DNA of 64,000 nucleotides from an uncultured Syntrophaceae bacterium (lineage in GTDB: Bacteria > Desulfobacterota > Desulfomonilia > Desulfomonilales > Desulfomonilaceae), in contig CAYRVH010000001.1 of the NCBI GenBank assembly GCA_964427855.1, forward strand, positions 21,649 through 85,648, read 5' to 3'. A program made the translations under genes and the position numbers. The notes under the pieces are model-generated. The model ran no database searches. It was not told the origin of the DNA and was given only the letters and a program-made list of their open reading frames with translations. Below are positions 51,664 to 62,856 of the stretch, piece by piece. Every line of letters begins with the position of its first letter. Within the stretch, counting starts at the first letter, position 1.

Positions 51664-53271
51664 CTATGTCGGAATTAAAGATGAGCGCGCGTCGGCCTCT
51701 GCCTTTGCCAGTTCGGCCAATGTTGTGGGCAGTTCGGCGATGACGTCTCCTGCCACGACCGGCGAAGGGCCTCGTTTCAGAACGACATTATCAGCTGCGA
51801 GTCCATGGATATGGACCCCGAGGGGCAATGCGATATCCACCGGTATGTTTTGAACTAATAGCCCCCCGAGGATGCCGCTGAGTACATCCCCTTGTCCGCC
51901 GGACGCCATCCAAGAGCTACCCGTGGTGTTGATAAAGACGCGCCCTTGAGGAGAAGCCGTGATGGTTCGCGCGCCTTTGAGGATGACCCATGATTTTGAC
52001 TGATTCGCTGTGTCTCGTGCAGCTGATATTCTATTCTCCTGGACCTCACGCACCGACAGGCCGGTCAGCCTCGCCATCTCGCCGGGGTGAGGGGTGAGCA
52101 CGACCGTCGCCCTTGTTTTCTTGACAGCTTCCAAATTATGGGCCAGGGCATTGAGACCGTCTGCGTCAATCACGATCGAACCGCAATACTCTGCGAGGAC
52201 TCGTTCCAGAAGACTCAGCACCTCCTTCCTGTTCGACAGCCCCGGTCCCAGCACCACACAGCGTTTCCCTTGGCACAATTCCAGCACCCGCTGAGCGGAT
52301 TCCTCGCCGAGATATCCCGGCATCGCCGTCTCAGGGAGGGGCTCGGTCATCTCTTCGGTCAACTTGGTTTCGAGAATGGGATTGAGAGAAGCTGCAACCG
52401 CGACAGTCACGAGCCCAGCTCCAACGAGAGACCCAGCTCGTGCAGCCATTGTTGGGGCGCCGGTCTTCCCTGGAGAGCCTCCCACCACAAGCAGATGTCC
52501 GAAAGATCCTTTGTGGTTTTCAGGGTTGGAGCGGACTTTTAAGTAGGCGTGAAAGTCTGGGCCGTCGTACAATATCGCCTGCGGCGGGCGCTTCTCCACG
52601 GCAGGGCGCGGAATGGAAATATCCACCACATGGATGCGACCACAGTAGCTCACACCCGGGTATAGAGCCATTCCAACTTTCTGAAAACCGTATGTGACTG
52701 TGAGGTCGGCCTTCACCGCTGTACCGAGGACCTTGCCGGTATTTGCGTCGAGTCCCGAAGGTATGTCAATGGCTACCTTGAAGGCCTTGGTCTCATTGAT
52801 CAAGTCGATGGCTTCTCGGTACGGCGATCGGACGTCAGCGGCAAGGCCTGTACCCAAAATTGCATCCACAATGACGTCGCTTTCTAACCAGTGAGCGGCA
52901 GCCTCCTTCAACGCTGACAGGTCGCGTACCGCATAAATCTGATCAGTCATCTTTTCGAGGACGGAGAGGTTTATAAGGGCGTCGCCTTTGATCTTATCCC
53001 TGGGGGCTAAGAGATAGGTGCGCACCTCAGCCCCGTTGTTAAGCAAATATCTGGCGACCACGTAGCCGTCTCCCCCATTGTTCCCCGGACCAGCGACCAC
53101 CACTGCCTTCAATTCATGGATTGATTTGGCAAGCGTCCCGCACAAGATTTGGAACGTTGTCCGTCCCGCGTTCTCCATGAGGACGACGCCGGGAATGCCA
53201 TATTCGTTGATGGCAGCCGCGTCGAAGGCCCTTATCTCCTCCGAGGTAGCGAGATATTTCAGGGATTTCAT
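51664..53271 (-). CDS. nnr: Bifunctional NAD(P)H-hydrate epimerase / ADP-dependent dehydratase
   Basis: YjeF N-terminal domain (GPGNNGGDGYVVA) plus carbohydrate-kinase-like C-terminal domain (VVGGSPGKTGAPTMAA...GGQGDVLSG). Confidence 0.9.
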   Translation of the reverse strand: MKSLKYLATSEEIRAFDAAAINEYGIPGVVLMENAGRTTFQILCGTLAKSIHELKAVVVAGPGNNGGDGYVVARYLLNNGAEVRTYLLAPRDKIKGDALINLSVLEKMTDQIYAVRDLSALKEAAAHWLESDVIVDAILGTGLAADVRSPYREAIDLINETKAFKVAIDIPSGLDANTGKVLGTAVKADLTVTYGFQKVGMALYPGVSYCGRIHVVDISIPRPAVEKRPPQAILYDGPDFHAYLKVRSNPENHKGSFGHLLVVGGSPGKTGAPTMAARAGSLVGAGLVTVAVAASLNPILETKLTEEMTEPLPETAMPGYLGEESAQRVLELCQGKRCVVLGPGLSNRKEVLSLLERVLAEYCGSIVIDADGLNALAHNLEAVKKTRATVVLTPHPGEMARLTGLSVREVQENRISAARDTANQSKSWVILKGARTITASPQGRVFINTTGSSWMASGGQGDVLSGILGGLLVQNIPVDIALPLGVHIHGLAADNVVLKRGPSPVVAGDVIAELPTTLAELAKAEADARSSLIPT

Positions 53272-53324
53272 GCCCACGCGTCCTCCGACGACGTCACGTT
53301 GCGATGAACGAGTTTGGGAACAAC

Positions 53325-54512
53325 TCAGTAGAGATTTGAGGTCGGCTCCTGCTCCCTGATGATCACAGGATGATCCAACAGTTTATCGACGCTGGAAGGC
53401 TGATCTGGCTGAGGAGGGTGGAGTTTCGCCTCCATGGCCTGCAGTTTAAGCGAAAGCTCCCAAACCTTTGTTCTCAAGTCTTGGGCTTCCTGTTTCGCGC
53501 GGTCAGTTTCGACCCGAAACTGCACAATCTCGTCTCTCGCCCTATTGGACTCTGCGCGAAATTGCTCTGCTTCTTGTTTCGATCGCTCATTCTCGGCCTT
53601 GTATTTTTCAGCTTGCTCGGCATAGCCCTGGGCGACGGCTTTCATTTGTTCTATCTCTTGCTGAGCTCGCTGGGTTTCCTGCTGCCAGGTCTGTACCTCC
53701 TGAGCCAAGCGCTGAATTTCCTGCTGCGATTGCGCCAGTCGGTTTTGATTTGCGGCAAGTTCTTGTTGCTGTTGGGCTGCGAGGGCCTGCGTATCCTCCA
53801 ACTGCTTGGTCACCCCAGCGAGTTGGTCGGTAAGTCTCGCGATTTCCGCTTCAGCGTTTGTCTTAAGTTTTGATGCATCGGCCACTGCGGTTTTCAGAGC
53901 GGCCAACAGTTCGTTCTTCTCGTCCAGGTCCTTCTTGAATTGCTCTGCCGCCGTGGTTCGTTCTTGGAGGTCTCGAGATATCTGCTCGAGTCGGGCCGTG
54001 AGTTCCTGCGTCCTCGTTTTTTCAGCTACCTGCATTTCCTCGATGGCCTTACGCAAACGCTGCACCTCTTCATCCTTCTGACGGGCATTTTGCCTTATGG
54101 TCTCCAACTCCTTCTCTTTGGCATCGAGGTCTTGGCTCAACTCATCCAAACGACGTCGAAATTGTTCCGCACGGAACTCGGCGAGGGCCTTCGCGCCCAT
54201 GAGTTCGATTCTCTTGCGCTCGGCTTCGGGCGAAGTGTCTGACGCTTCTCCCTTTTGGAGGCTGCTGAATCGCTTTTCGGCCTCTGTCAACGCCTCCAAG
54301 AGCGACTGAACGCGTTGCATCAACTGCGCGTTGCGCTCCTTTTCCTTCTCGAGGTTTTCCCGCGCTTGCGCTATGGTGTCCTGGAGATCCGACACCAATT
54401 TCTGGTTTGCCGCAGGTTCGGAGGAAGGTTTCTGCGGGATTTCGGTCGTGCACGCGCACAATCCGAGGAAGATCGCTGTCACGATAAGCGAAAAGAGAAG
54501 GCATTTCTTCAT
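53325..54512 (-). CDS. Coiled-coil lipoprotein (function unknown)
   Basis: MKKCLLFSLIVTAIFLGLCAC lipobox, then about 350 residues of Q/E/K/R-rich heptad-like sequence. AAGGGA RBS. Confidence 0.6.
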   Translation of the reverse strand: MKKCLLFSLIVTAIFLGLCACTTEIPQKPSSEPAANQKLVSDLQDTIAQARENLEKEKERNAQLMQRVQSLLEALTEAEKRFSSLQKGEASDTSPEAERKRIELMGAKALAEFRAEQFRRRLDELSQDLDAKEKELETIRQNARQKDEEVQRLRKAIEEMQVAEKTRTQELTARLEQISRDLQERTTAAEQFKKDLDEKNELLAALKTAVADASKLKTNAEAEIARLTDQLAGVTKQLEDTQALAAQQQQELAANQNRLAQSQQEIQRLAQEVQTWQQETQRAQQEIEQMKAVAQGYAEQAEKYKAENERSKQEAEQFRAESNRARDEIVQFRVETDRAKQEAQDLRTKVWELSLKLQAMEAKLHPPQPDQPSSVDKLLDHPVIIREQEPTSNLY

Positions 54513-54580
54513 GGGAACATCCCTTGCGGTCAGGCGACGCATTCGGGGGCAAGCCCGAGAGTACAAGATACTATGCTGTA

Positions 54581-54609
54581 ATTATAATCTGATAGCACTG
54601 TTATGTCAA
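54581..54609 (-). promoter_or_regulatory. Perfect-consensus sigma70 promoter (TTGACA-17-TATAAT) for the lipoprotein gene
   Basis: rc of 54604-54609 is TTGACA, the spacer is exactly 17 nt, and rc of 54581-54586 is TATAAT. About 60-70 nt upstream of ATG 54512. Confidence 0.6.
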
Positions 54610-54711
54610 CAAAACCTTCCAGAAACAGGATAAGGGATTATGACATCAATGGCCTTTTGTATTTGTTGCGCTGATGCTTTCGGAAGCGCTCCAGATCAAC
54701 GGTCTCAAGAA

Positions 54712-57249
54712 TCAGGTTTCCTCACCGGTCAGCGCCTCGATGGTTTGAAAAAGTTCTTGGGTATTAATTGGTTTTGAGACGTATCCATCCATGCCGGCTG
54801 CCAAACATTTTTCTTTGTCAGATTCCATTGCATAGGCAGTCATGGCGAAAATGGGGACGTGTTTTTGCGTGGCTTTCTCCCTCTGCCGGATGGAGCGGGT
54901 TGCCTGGATGCCATCCATTTCAGGCATCTGGACGTCCATGAGAATAAGATCGAAATCTTGAGTTGCAGAGGTTTCGACGGCTTCCTTGCCATTGTTACAG
55001 ACGCGGACTTCGTGTCCCCATTTCTCAAGAAGCCTCTGGGCAAGGACCTGGTTTATCTTGTTATCCTCCGCGAGTAATATTTTAAGGGTCTTCTTGCTTT
55101 CTCGTAGAGAATGGCGAGTGATAAGGGGGAGCTGACCATTCCCTGTGGTGGCTTGTCTTCTTGCGTGCAGCACTGCGTCGAGGAGTTCAAATTCATTGAC
55201 GGGCTTATGCAGATACGCTGAAATGCCTGCTTGCACGCATTTTGCTGCGTCGCCTCGGGTCCCCATTGAGGTGAGGAGTAATATCTTGAGATTAGTGTTG
55301 TCGGGTTGTTCTTGGGTAAGGGCCTTGGCCAAATCAAACCCATCCATTTCTGGCATGGCCAGATCGGTGATGACGAAATCGTACGGCAATCCTGCAGCGG
55401 CTGCTTGTCGAACAGCCTGCAAGGCGTCCCTGGCCCCTGGGGCGGTTGAGGGCCTCATGCCCCAGTTGAGTAACATGCGTTCGAGGAGAGCTCTATTGTT
55501 TGCATTGTCATCCACAATGAGGACTCGCAGGTCTCTAAGGCTGGCGGGGCCCATTACGGCGGCTGCGGAGACATCGCGCTGAAGCCCAAGCACCACGGTA
55601 AAATGAAATTTGCTGCCTTTTCCAGGTTCGCTCTCGACCCAAATTTTGCCATCCATCATGTGGACGAGCTGATTAGATATGGCCAGCCCCAACCCTGTGC
55701 CGCCGTATTTGCGGGTTGTAGAAGAATCCAACTGCTCAAAGCGTTCAAAAATCCGTGCTGTTTGCTCGGGAGGGATGCCAATTCCGGTATCAGCGACGAC
55801 AAAGTGGAGAACCGCCTGCTCATTGGTTGCTTTTTCGAGCAGGACCTCGATGCAGACCCCTCCTTGATCAGTGAACTTTATAGCATTGCCGAGAAGGTTC
55901 ATCAGAATTTGCCTCAACGCGCCTGGGTCTCCCAAGAGGAAATCGGGGACCTCCGGAGCGACCTGCGAGCTGAGAAGAAGTCCTTTAGCTCTTGCCTGCA
56001 CATTCAAGGTGGTAACAACCCGATTGAGGAATTCCCGCAGACGGAAGTCCACGAACGCGAGTTCAAACTTTCCCGCTTCGATTTTGGACAAATCGAGGAT
56101 GTCGTTGATGAGAGTAAGCAAAGCTTCAGCGGATTCTTTGACAGCCAAGAGGTATTCTCTTTGTTCATTATCGAGATTTGTTTGTAATGCCAGGTCTGTC
56201 ATACCGATGATGCCATTCATGGGGGTCCGAATCTCATGGCTCATGGTTGCGAGGAAATCACTCTTGGCCTTGCTTGCCTGCTCCATTTTGTTGCGTGCTT
56301 CGACCAGGTCAGTCACATCGACGATATTGAATATGACCCCTCTGTAGGAACGACTGTCGAAGATCGGTTGAACGCGAAAAGACACCTCTTTTCCAAACAG
56401 CGTAAGAGTACGGATGAGCGGATCTCGTGTAGTGCTGGATTTGAACGCGTTGATGCGATTCTTCAACATGGAATTTATATGAGATTGATCAAAAAATTCC
56501 CAAAGTTCCTTGCCAATGATGTCCTTGCGAGTGACGCCGACCTGCTGAATGAACCACTCGTTGGCTTCGGTGATGACATCGTTTGTGTCTGCAAAGACGA
56601 CTCCTTCGTCCATGGCCTCGATGAGGGCGCGGAGTTTGCGAGCCTCGGCTTCAGCTGTTTCTGTCGCCTTGGCGAGTTCCCAATTAGCGTTTTCCAACTC
56701 CCGAAATTGTTCGACCGCTGCTTCGTAGGAAGAAAGTAACAGATCGATGATCTGAATGCGGTCTGCGGCAAGGAAATGTTTTTTCCCTGCGAAAAAGATC
56801 TCGATCCCCATTTCAGTGGGGAATTTGCTCCGCAACTCCCTGTTGATCAGGATGTATTGAATACGAGAGATGAGAAATCGTTCTTGGTACGGCTTGGTGA
56901 TAAAGTTGTCTGCACCGCTTTCCAACCCTTTTATGATGTCGCTGGGGTCTGAGAGCGCAGTGAGCAGTATGACGGGGATGTCTTTGAGTTTCTCGTCCTG
57001 CTTGATCTTGGAGCACAGTGCGTATCCGTCCATCTCCGGCATCACGACATCGCTGACGACCAGTGTGGGGTGGTTGCTTTTCAAATATTCGAGTGCGGCT
57101 TTGCCGTTGGGTTTCCACGAGACCTTGAAGCCGTGTTCTTCCAGAATAAATTGGAGTCTTGCGGCCTGAGTCGGGCTATCCTCGACGATCAATATTTCCT
57201 GCTCATCGTGCGTCGAGTCTAGGTTTTGCGAGGAAAGCTGAGAGTTCAT
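54712..57249 (-). CDS. Hybrid sensor histidine kinase (REC-PAS-HisKA-HATPase-REC-REC)
   Basis: N-terminal REC ([10 protein letters not shown]...[12 protein letters not shown]), H-box [14 protein letters not shown], HATPase (GTGLGLAI), and two C-terminal REC domains. The start overlaps the cheB stop (ATGA). Confidence 0.9.
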   Translation of the reverse strand: MNSQLSSQNLDSTHDEQEILIVEDSPTQAARLQFILEEHGFKVSWKPNGKAALEYLKSNHPTLVVSDVVMPEMDGYALCSKIKQDEKLKDIPVILLTALSDPSDIIKGLESGADNFITKPYQERFLISRIQYILINRELRSKFPTEMGIEIFFAGKKHFLAADRIQIIDLLLSSYEAAVEQFRELENANWELAKATETAEAEARKLRALIEAMDEGVVFADTNDVITEANEWFIQQVGVTRKDIIGKELWEFFDQSHINSMLKNRINAFKSSTTRDPLIRTLTLFGKEVSFRVQPIFDSRSYRGVIFNIVDVTDLVEARNKMEQASKAKSDFLATMSHEIRTPMNGIIGMTDLALQTNLDNEQREYLLAVKESAEALLTLINDILDLSKIEAGKFELAFVDFRLREFLNRVVTTLNVQARAKGLLLSSQVAPEVPDFLLGDPGALRQILMNLLGNAIKFTDQGGVCIEVLLEKATNEQAVLHFVVADTGIGIPPEQTARIFERFEQLDSSTTRKYGGTGLGLAISNQLVHMMDGKIWVESEPGKGSKFHFTVVLGLQRDVSAAAVMGPASLRDLRVLIVDDNANNRALLERMLLNWGMRPSTAPGARDALQAVRQAAAAGLPYDFVITDLAMPEMDGFDLAKALTQEQPDNTNLKILLLTSMGTRGDAAKCVQAGISAYLHKPVNEFELLDAVLHARRQATTGNGQLPLITRHSLRESKKTLKILLAEDNKINQVLAQRLLEKWGHEVRVCNNGKEAVETSATQDFDLILMDVQMPEMDGIQATRSIRQREKATQKHVPIFAMTAYAMESDKEKCLAAGMDGYVSKPINTQELFQTIEALTGEET

Positions 57250-58301
57250 GTGAGATGTCTCCGATGAGCAAGGGAAGCGAGCATAATGGCAATCTTTTCC
57301 GGCGGGAGAACGAACGAAGCGCCGCCCAATTTGATGGCTTCGCCAGGCATTCCGTGGACGATCGAGCTTTCCTTGTCTTGGGCTATGGTCGTCGCCCCAA
57401 GGTGTTTCATCAGCCGCAATTCTTCCGCGCCATCACGTCCCATACCAGTCAGCAGGATTCCCAACGCCCTGCTGCCATATACATGGGCTACTGATCGGAA
57501 TAGATACGATACTGACGGCCGCAAACCGTTTTCCGGTTCATCGCTGGTTAGAGAAATCCTCCCAGAGCGTTCAACCCTCATATGGCGTTGGTCAGGACTT
57601 ACATATACGCAGCCAGGCAGCATTCTCTCTCCGTGAAATGCTAATTTGACTTTCAAGGGGCTTGCTTGATCGAGCCATTCTACGAAACTTTTTGAAAAAT
57701 TTGGAGCGATGTGTTGCACCAATACTATAGGAACAGGCAAAGACTCAGGAAGCGGCGAAAGTATCGTTTTGACGGCAGGGGGACCACCTGTCGATGCGCC
57801 TATGGCAACGATGTCAATGTCCCGCCCAGTGAGATTGTCGTGATTTTCTGGGACTGCCCTTCTTGGCGCAGTGTCAGGCTTTTTTGGCCACCGCCTCACC
57901 ACCTTGACTTCGGACATCAGTTTGACCGTTTGGATCAGATTCTTGACCTCAGGGCTGTGATCGATGTCCCCGACGAACAAGGGTTTTTCAAGGGCATGGA
58001 CGGCTCCCGCTTCCATCGCCTTCCAAGTTTTGGTTACGTCATGAGGATCCCAGCTTGCCGTCAAAATAATTATGGGCACAGGGTTGCTCTCCATAATTTT
58101 TCGTGTGGCTTCGAATCCCCCCATCTTTGGCATGTCTATATCCATGGTGATCACGTCAGGGCGCATTTTGGTCACAAAATCAACGGCTTCCAACCCGTTG
58201 GTTACCGCGCCGACGACTTGAATATCAGGGTCCGACCCAAAGATATGCCGGAGCACCTCCCGAACTACTGCCGAGTCATCTACAATAAGTAACTTGATCA
58301 T
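57246..58301 (-). CDS. cheB: Chemotaxis response regulator protein-glutamate methylesterase
   Basis: REC ([15 protein letters not shown]...DIDMPKMGG) plus methylesterase domain (IGASTGGP...HGMPG). Confidence 0.9.
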   Translation of the reverse strand: MIKLLIVDDSAVVREVLRHIFGSDPDIQVVGAVTNGLEAVDFVTKMRPDVITMDIDMPKMGGFEATRKIMESNPVPIIILTASWDPHDVTKTWKAMEAGAVHALEKPLFVGDIDHSPEVKNLIQTVKLMSEVKVVRRWPKKPDTAPRRAVPENHDNLTGRDIDIVAIGASTGGPPAVKTILSPLPESLPVPIVLVQHIAPNFSKSFVEWLDQASPLKVKLAFHGERMLPGCVYVSPDQRHMRVERSGRISLTSDEPENGLRPSVSYLFRSVAHVYGSRALGILLTGMGRDGAEELRLMKHLGATTIAQDKESSIVHGMPGEAIKLGGASFVLPPEKIAIMLASLAHRRHLT

Positions 58302-58316
58302 CCCACACAACGGCCT

Positions 58317-60689
58317 TTAGACCAAACGGCCGACTACTTCCAGAAGGTTGCTTTGATCAAAACTGCTCTTGACTATATAGGCGCTGGCGCCCACTTCTAT
58401 TCCTCGTTCTCTATCTTCTGGGGACTCCAAAGATGTTACAAGAACAACCGGTAGTTCCGCCAGCTTTTTATCCGCTCGAATTTTTTCCGTCAGCTCGAAA
58501 CCATCCATTTTGGGCATCTGCACATCAGACACAAGAAGGTCAAAATTCCGCGTTCGCAAGATTTGCCAGGCTTCCAAGCCATCCACTGCGGTTTCAACCT
58601 CATAGCCCGCTGACTCGAGTATGTTCCTCAAAAGGGTGCGCGAGGTAATCGAATCTTCAGCCACGATAATGCGGGAGCGTTTTTTTTTCGCGTCCGCCCT
58701 TTTAGGCGCGACTTTGGGAGCAACAGGGCGATGACTCAACGCCGACTTGACCAGGTCTGATACGTTAAGGATGGGCACGACCTCGCCGGAAGACAATACA
58801 GTGGCGCCCGCCACGTTCTTCACCCTTGCAAGCTGCTTGCCCAACCCTTTGACGATGACCTCTTGTTCGCTCACAATTCTGTCAATGCCGAAGGCCACAG
58901 CCCTTTGTCCTGCGTTCAACACCACAGCCGAAATAAACTCATCGTCGTTGTGATCTCTCCCGTTCGATATATTGAGCACCGCTGCCAACCAGACGAAGAG
59001 CAGGACGCGGCCCCGTATGACGACGGTGTCGCGGTTTTCCACCTTCCGCACAGAGTCTTTCTTTATGCGAACGACCCGCTGTACGCTTGAAGTTGGTATC
59101 ACGAACAATTGCTGATTGCATTCTGCCAGTATGCCTCGAAACGTCGCCAGAGTAACTGGCAAGATGATCCTGAACGAGGCGCCTTCAGGAGGATTGGACT
59201 CGACGGAGATGTGCCCCCCTAACTTATCCACTTTTTCCTGTACGATTGCCAGCCCTAATCCTCTGCCTGACAGGTCGGTTATGATGTCACTCGTAGAGAC
59301 GTCGGACCGAAATATGAGGCCGAGCGCCTCCTGGTCGGTAAGCCCGTCCAATTCTTTTTCTGACACGACTTTTCGCGCCACCGCGGCTTTCTTGACCTTG
59401 GCGAGGTCAATACCCGCTCCGTCGTCGGAGACAAGTATTTCTATCTTGTTTGAACTTTGTTGAGACACCTGGATCCGCAGGGTGCCTTGCGGGGGCTTGC
59501 GGTGGCGAATTCTTACCTCAGGCTTTTCGATGCCGTGATCGAGAGAGTTTCTCACCAAATGAATGAGCGGGTCTTTCATTTCTTCGAGGATGCGGCGGTC
59601 TATCTCGACTTCTTGACCTTCCACGATAAGAAGCACATCTTTGCCTTGGTCGTGAGAAATATCCCGGACCAATTTTGGAAACGGTTCCAGGAGACTCGCG
59701 AACGGCATCATCAACAACGTTTTCATGTCGTCCATGAGTTCATTTATCATGCCGCCAATGGCGCGTGATTCATTCTCAGCGTTTTTGGACAAACGGTTCG
59801 TCTTGACAAGAGCGTCCTTGAGGAGGGTTTCGTGCTTTACAAGATAGTCGAGAAGCCGCAGGGTCTCGGATTCTAATCCCTTTTCTGGGATCTTTGCCTG
59901 CTGGGAGACCTCTTGAAATCGTCTCAAATCAGCGCGTACACGCTTCCAAGTTTTCTCCCAGGCCTCCAGTAGGCCTGCAAGGCCCCGCAATTCAGCAAGC
60001 CTCTCACTTGCGGCGATTTTAATTGATACCATCTCTTCGACTTGATAGAGGAGGGCATCCAGGCGGGACGTGGAAATTCTTATGGTGTCGCTCTGGGGAA
60101 GGCGTCTCTGTACAGCTCCCGCTATGTGCTTGGCTCCATCCTCTTCGCGCTGAGGTTTTCCGACAGGGGACTCGGGAGGCTTGACAGGCTCGGAGAGTTC
60201 TTCGGCCACGGGTGCCACTATTCCTTTGGATTCAGTGGCAGGCTGCGCGGGCTCAAGCACAGCAAGTTGTTCCTGTGTAGTTCCCCCAGGCTCCCCGCGG
60301 TCTCGCAGGAGGGACTCAAGATCCCTCAAAATGTCGCCGACAGGCACGGTCTCTTGTTCGTTCACCAATTGGTTCAACGCGTCCACCGTTTTGAGGGCCA
60401 CATCGAAAAACACTTGAGAGGGCGCGAGTTCCTGTTTTTTGATAGACGAGACAACGCTTTCCAAGGACTGACACACAGACTCAACGTCTCTCATTCCAAC
60501 GGCTCTTGCAGCGCCCTTGAGGCTGTGGGCTGCCCGATAAACAATTTCGATGGACGACGCAAGCTGCGCAAAGTCTCCTGAATTCTCGAGTGAAATAAGT
60601 TCACTCGACATGGAGGCCAGGTGCTCCTCAGCCTCTATCTTGAAGGTTGCGCGGAGCTTCTTAAGAAATTCCTTTTCTTTCCTGTCCAT
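58317..60689 (-). CDS. cheA: CheA-type histidine kinase with C-terminal receiver (Hpt-dimerisation-HATPase-CheW-REC)
   Basis: Hpt (AAHSLKGAARAVG), N-box HLVRNSLDHGIE, G-box GRGLGLAIV, CheW-like domain, REC (IIVAEDSITSR...SDVQMPKMDG). Confidence 0.9.
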   Translation of the reverse strand: MDRKEKEFLKKLRATFKIEAEEHLASMSSELISLENSGDFAQLASSIEIVYRAAHSLKGAARAVGMRDVESVCQSLESVVSSIKKQELAPSQVFFDVALKTVDALNQLVNEQETVPVGDILRDLESLLRDRGEPGGTTQEQLAVLEPAQPATESKGIVAPVAEELSEPVKPPESPVGKPQREEDGAKHIAGAVQRRLPQSDTIRISTSRLDALLYQVEEMVSIKIAASERLAELRGLAGLLEAWEKTWKRVRADLRRFQEVSQQAKIPEKGLESETLRLLDYLVKHETLLKDALVKTNRLSKNAENESRAIGGMINELMDDMKTLLMMPFASLLEPFPKLVRDISHDQGKDVLLIVEGQEVEIDRRILEEMKDPLIHLVRNSLDHGIEKPEVRIRHRKPPQGTLRIQVSQQSSNKIEILVSDDGAGIDLAKVKKAAVARKVVSEKELDGLTDQEALGLIFRSDVSTSDIITDLSGRGLGLAIVQEKVDKLGGHISVESNPPEGASFRIILPVTLATFRGILAECNQQLFVIPTSSVQRVVRIKKDSVRKVENRDTVVIRGRVLLFVWLAAVLNISNGRDHNDDEFISAVVLNAGQRAVAFGIDRIVSEQEVIVKGLGKQLARVKNVAGATVLSSGEVVPILNVSDLVKSALSHRPVAPKVAPKRADAKKKRSRIIVAEDSITSRTLLRNILESAGYEVETAVDGLEAWQILRTRNFDLLVSDVQMPKMDGFELTEKIRADKKLAELPVVLVTSLESPEDRERGIEVGASAYIVKSSFDQSNLLEVVGRLV

Positions 60690-60704
60690 CAGATTCCGCC
60701 TGCA

Positions 60705-62765
60705 TCATACTTTGTATCGTTCCACCATTATCTTGAGCTTCCGGCCGAGTTCTTCGAGGTCTCGAGCGGAGGCTTCCAATTGTCTTGTTGACTCCACATT
60801 TTGCTGCATGGCCCGGTCTATGTTGTCCATGGCCATGGCCACCTGGTCGATGCCCACGGACTGTTGTTCGTTCGATGCGACGATGACAGTGAGGGACTGA
60901 GACGCATCGCGGACGCTGGATGTGACCGTTTCGATCGCCTTGCCCGCATGGATGGATTGTTGCGTCCCTTGGATTACTGCCTTGCTGCCTCTCTCAGTGG
61001 CCATGACGACGCCGCTGATGGAGTTTCGTATGTCGTCGAGTATGTTTTTGATCTGGTCAGTGGACTTCTTGGATTGATCTGCAAGACTTTTTATCTCTTC
61101 TGCGACGACGGCAAATCCCTTTCCCTGTTCACCGGCTCTTGCCGCCTCTATGGCAGCATTGACTGCCAGAAGATTCGACTGTTCTGCCAAGTCTTTCACC
61201 GCAGAAATGATCTCTTCAATAGACTGACTTTGCTCACTCAAACGAATCACCGTCTCCCCAATGGATTCCATTTGCGCCTTAATAAGGTTCATGCCTTCGA
61301 TTACTTCATCAGTCGCCTTCTTCCCTGTCTGCGCGGTCTCAGCCGACTTTTTCGCTTCCTCAGAGATGTTTTTGGCCTTATCGCTGGCAAGGCGGCCGGT
61401 CTGCCGAAGTTCTTCAAGCGTGGCAGTGGTTTCGGTGACGGCCGATGAAGTTTCAGAGCTGCTTGCGGCTACCTGTGACACTGTGGACGATATCTGGGTG
61501 GAGGCGGAGGCCAATACGGAAACCCCTTCAAGTATCTGCCTTGTTTGCTCTCGCAGCTTGTTCACCATTTCCTGAAATGACGTCATGAGAGCGCCTATTT
61601 CGTCTTTTCTGGGAACGACTGACACTTCTATGTTGAGGTTGCCTTCGCTAATTTGGGCTGCATCGTGAGAAAGTCTCGATATGGGTTCAGAGATGCTCTT
61701 TGCCAGACGAAATGCCAGTGCGAACGCAAGAATTGCAATGCACACGGTAATGATGATGATGCGGTACCACAAGTCACTGATAGACTCGAATGCTTCGCTG
61801 ACATCGACGTCAGTGAGGATCGCCCAATCGAAATCTGCGTTCAGGGTCTTATTCTCATTCAAGCCCAAATGGGAATAGGAGATCAGCGATTCGACGCCTA
61901 CCTGATCGGGCATGACGTCTGTGCCGGATTTGTGTTCGAATGCTCTCTGCACTGCAGGGATGTCAATGCGTTTGACAAGGACAGATGGAGTAGAAGCAAA
62001 TCTATCTTGGGAGCGCATCAGGTAATCCTGGCCGACGAGATAACTTTGACACGTTCGGCCCATGGCGCTCACCGGCAACATAATAGAGTTGATGCGACGG
62101 ACATCAAGATAAAGGGCCAGGACTCCCTTCAGCTCGCCCTTTGGATTGACTATAGGAGCTCCGACAAAGCCTATGGGCTTATCGGCAGGCGGATACATTG
62201 TATAATCCACCATGGCGTTTTTTCCAGTCCGCACAACGAGATTGTGCACCTTGGCGAGACCGCTGTCCTTGAGAGGGGGCTGGGAGAGACTCGCAAGATT
62301 GTCTTTTCTTTTCTTGACAGTGAATATCACGTCTCCTGTTTGGGCTTTGATCACGGCAATGTCATCATATCCGTATGCGTCTGTGCCATATTGATCTATG
62401 AATTTTTTCAGCCGATCTTCGACAATGGATTTCAATTGTTGTACGTCTTCTTGTCCGTCCGTCTGCGCCTGCTCCTTTTGTGCAGCAGGGGTTTTGGAGG
62501 CTGTGGAGACCATGTCCATGTATTCTGACAATGCCCTGCCGTGTGACAAATAGAGGGCGTCTTCCGTGGCTCGCAGGAAAAACGAGACAAGCTGCTTCTC
62601 TTTTAAGTTGCGTTCTGCAGTCAGTTCGCTAAAAACGGCTTTTTTCAGCGCAGAGCGGCTTGCATAAAAGACCAGGTATCCGAGCAAAATACACGGTAGG
62701 AGAGAGGCGAGAAGAAACAAGCTAAGGAGTTTTGCAAAGAGACTCCGAGAGATGAGGTTTAACAT
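60705..62765 (-). CDS. Methyl-accepting chemotaxis protein (periplasmic Cache-like domain, HAMP, signalling domain)
   Basis: Two TM helices, HAMP (PISRL...[14 protein letters not shown]) and the highly conserved hairpin ([28 protein letters not shown]). Confidence 0.9.
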   Translation of the reverse strand: MLNLISRSLFAKLLSLFLLASLLPCILLGYLVFYASRSALKKAVFSELTAERNLKEKQLVSFFLRATEDALYLSHGRALSEYMDMVSTASKTPAAQKEQAQTDGQEDVQQLKSIVEDRLKKFIDQYGTDAYGYDDIAVIKAQTGDVIFTVKKRKDNLASLSQPPLKDSGLAKVHNLVVRTGKNAMVDYTMYPPADKPIGFVGAPIVNPKGELKGVLALYLDVRRINSIMLPVSAMGRTCQSYLVGQDYLMRSQDRFASTPSVLVKRIDIPAVQRAFEHKSGTDVMPDQVGVESLISYSHLGLNENKTLNADFDWAILTDVDVSEAFESISDLWYRIIIITVCIAILAFALAFRLAKSISEPISRLSHDAAQISEGNLNIEVSVVPRKDEIGALMTSFQEMVNKLREQTRQILEGVSVLASASTQISSTVSQVAASSSETSSAVTETTATLEELRQTGRLASDKAKNISEEAKKSAETAQTGKKATDEVIEGMNLIKAQMESIGETVIRLSEQSQSIEEIISAVKDLAEQSNLLAVNAAIEAARAGEQGKGFAVVAEEIKSLADQSKKSTDQIKNILDDIRNSISGVVMATERGSKAVIQGTQQSIHAGKAIETVTSSVRDASQSLTVIVASNEQQSVGIDQVAMAMDNIDRAMQQNVESTRQLEASARDLEELGRKLKIMVERYKV

Positions 62766-62856
62766 GGGGAACGCTCCTCCGTTTCAGCGGCAGCGAGAGA
62801 ATGCAGACTGTCCCTGTGTTCGAGCATTTTTGTGTCGTACCTGGTCATGTGGTTTT

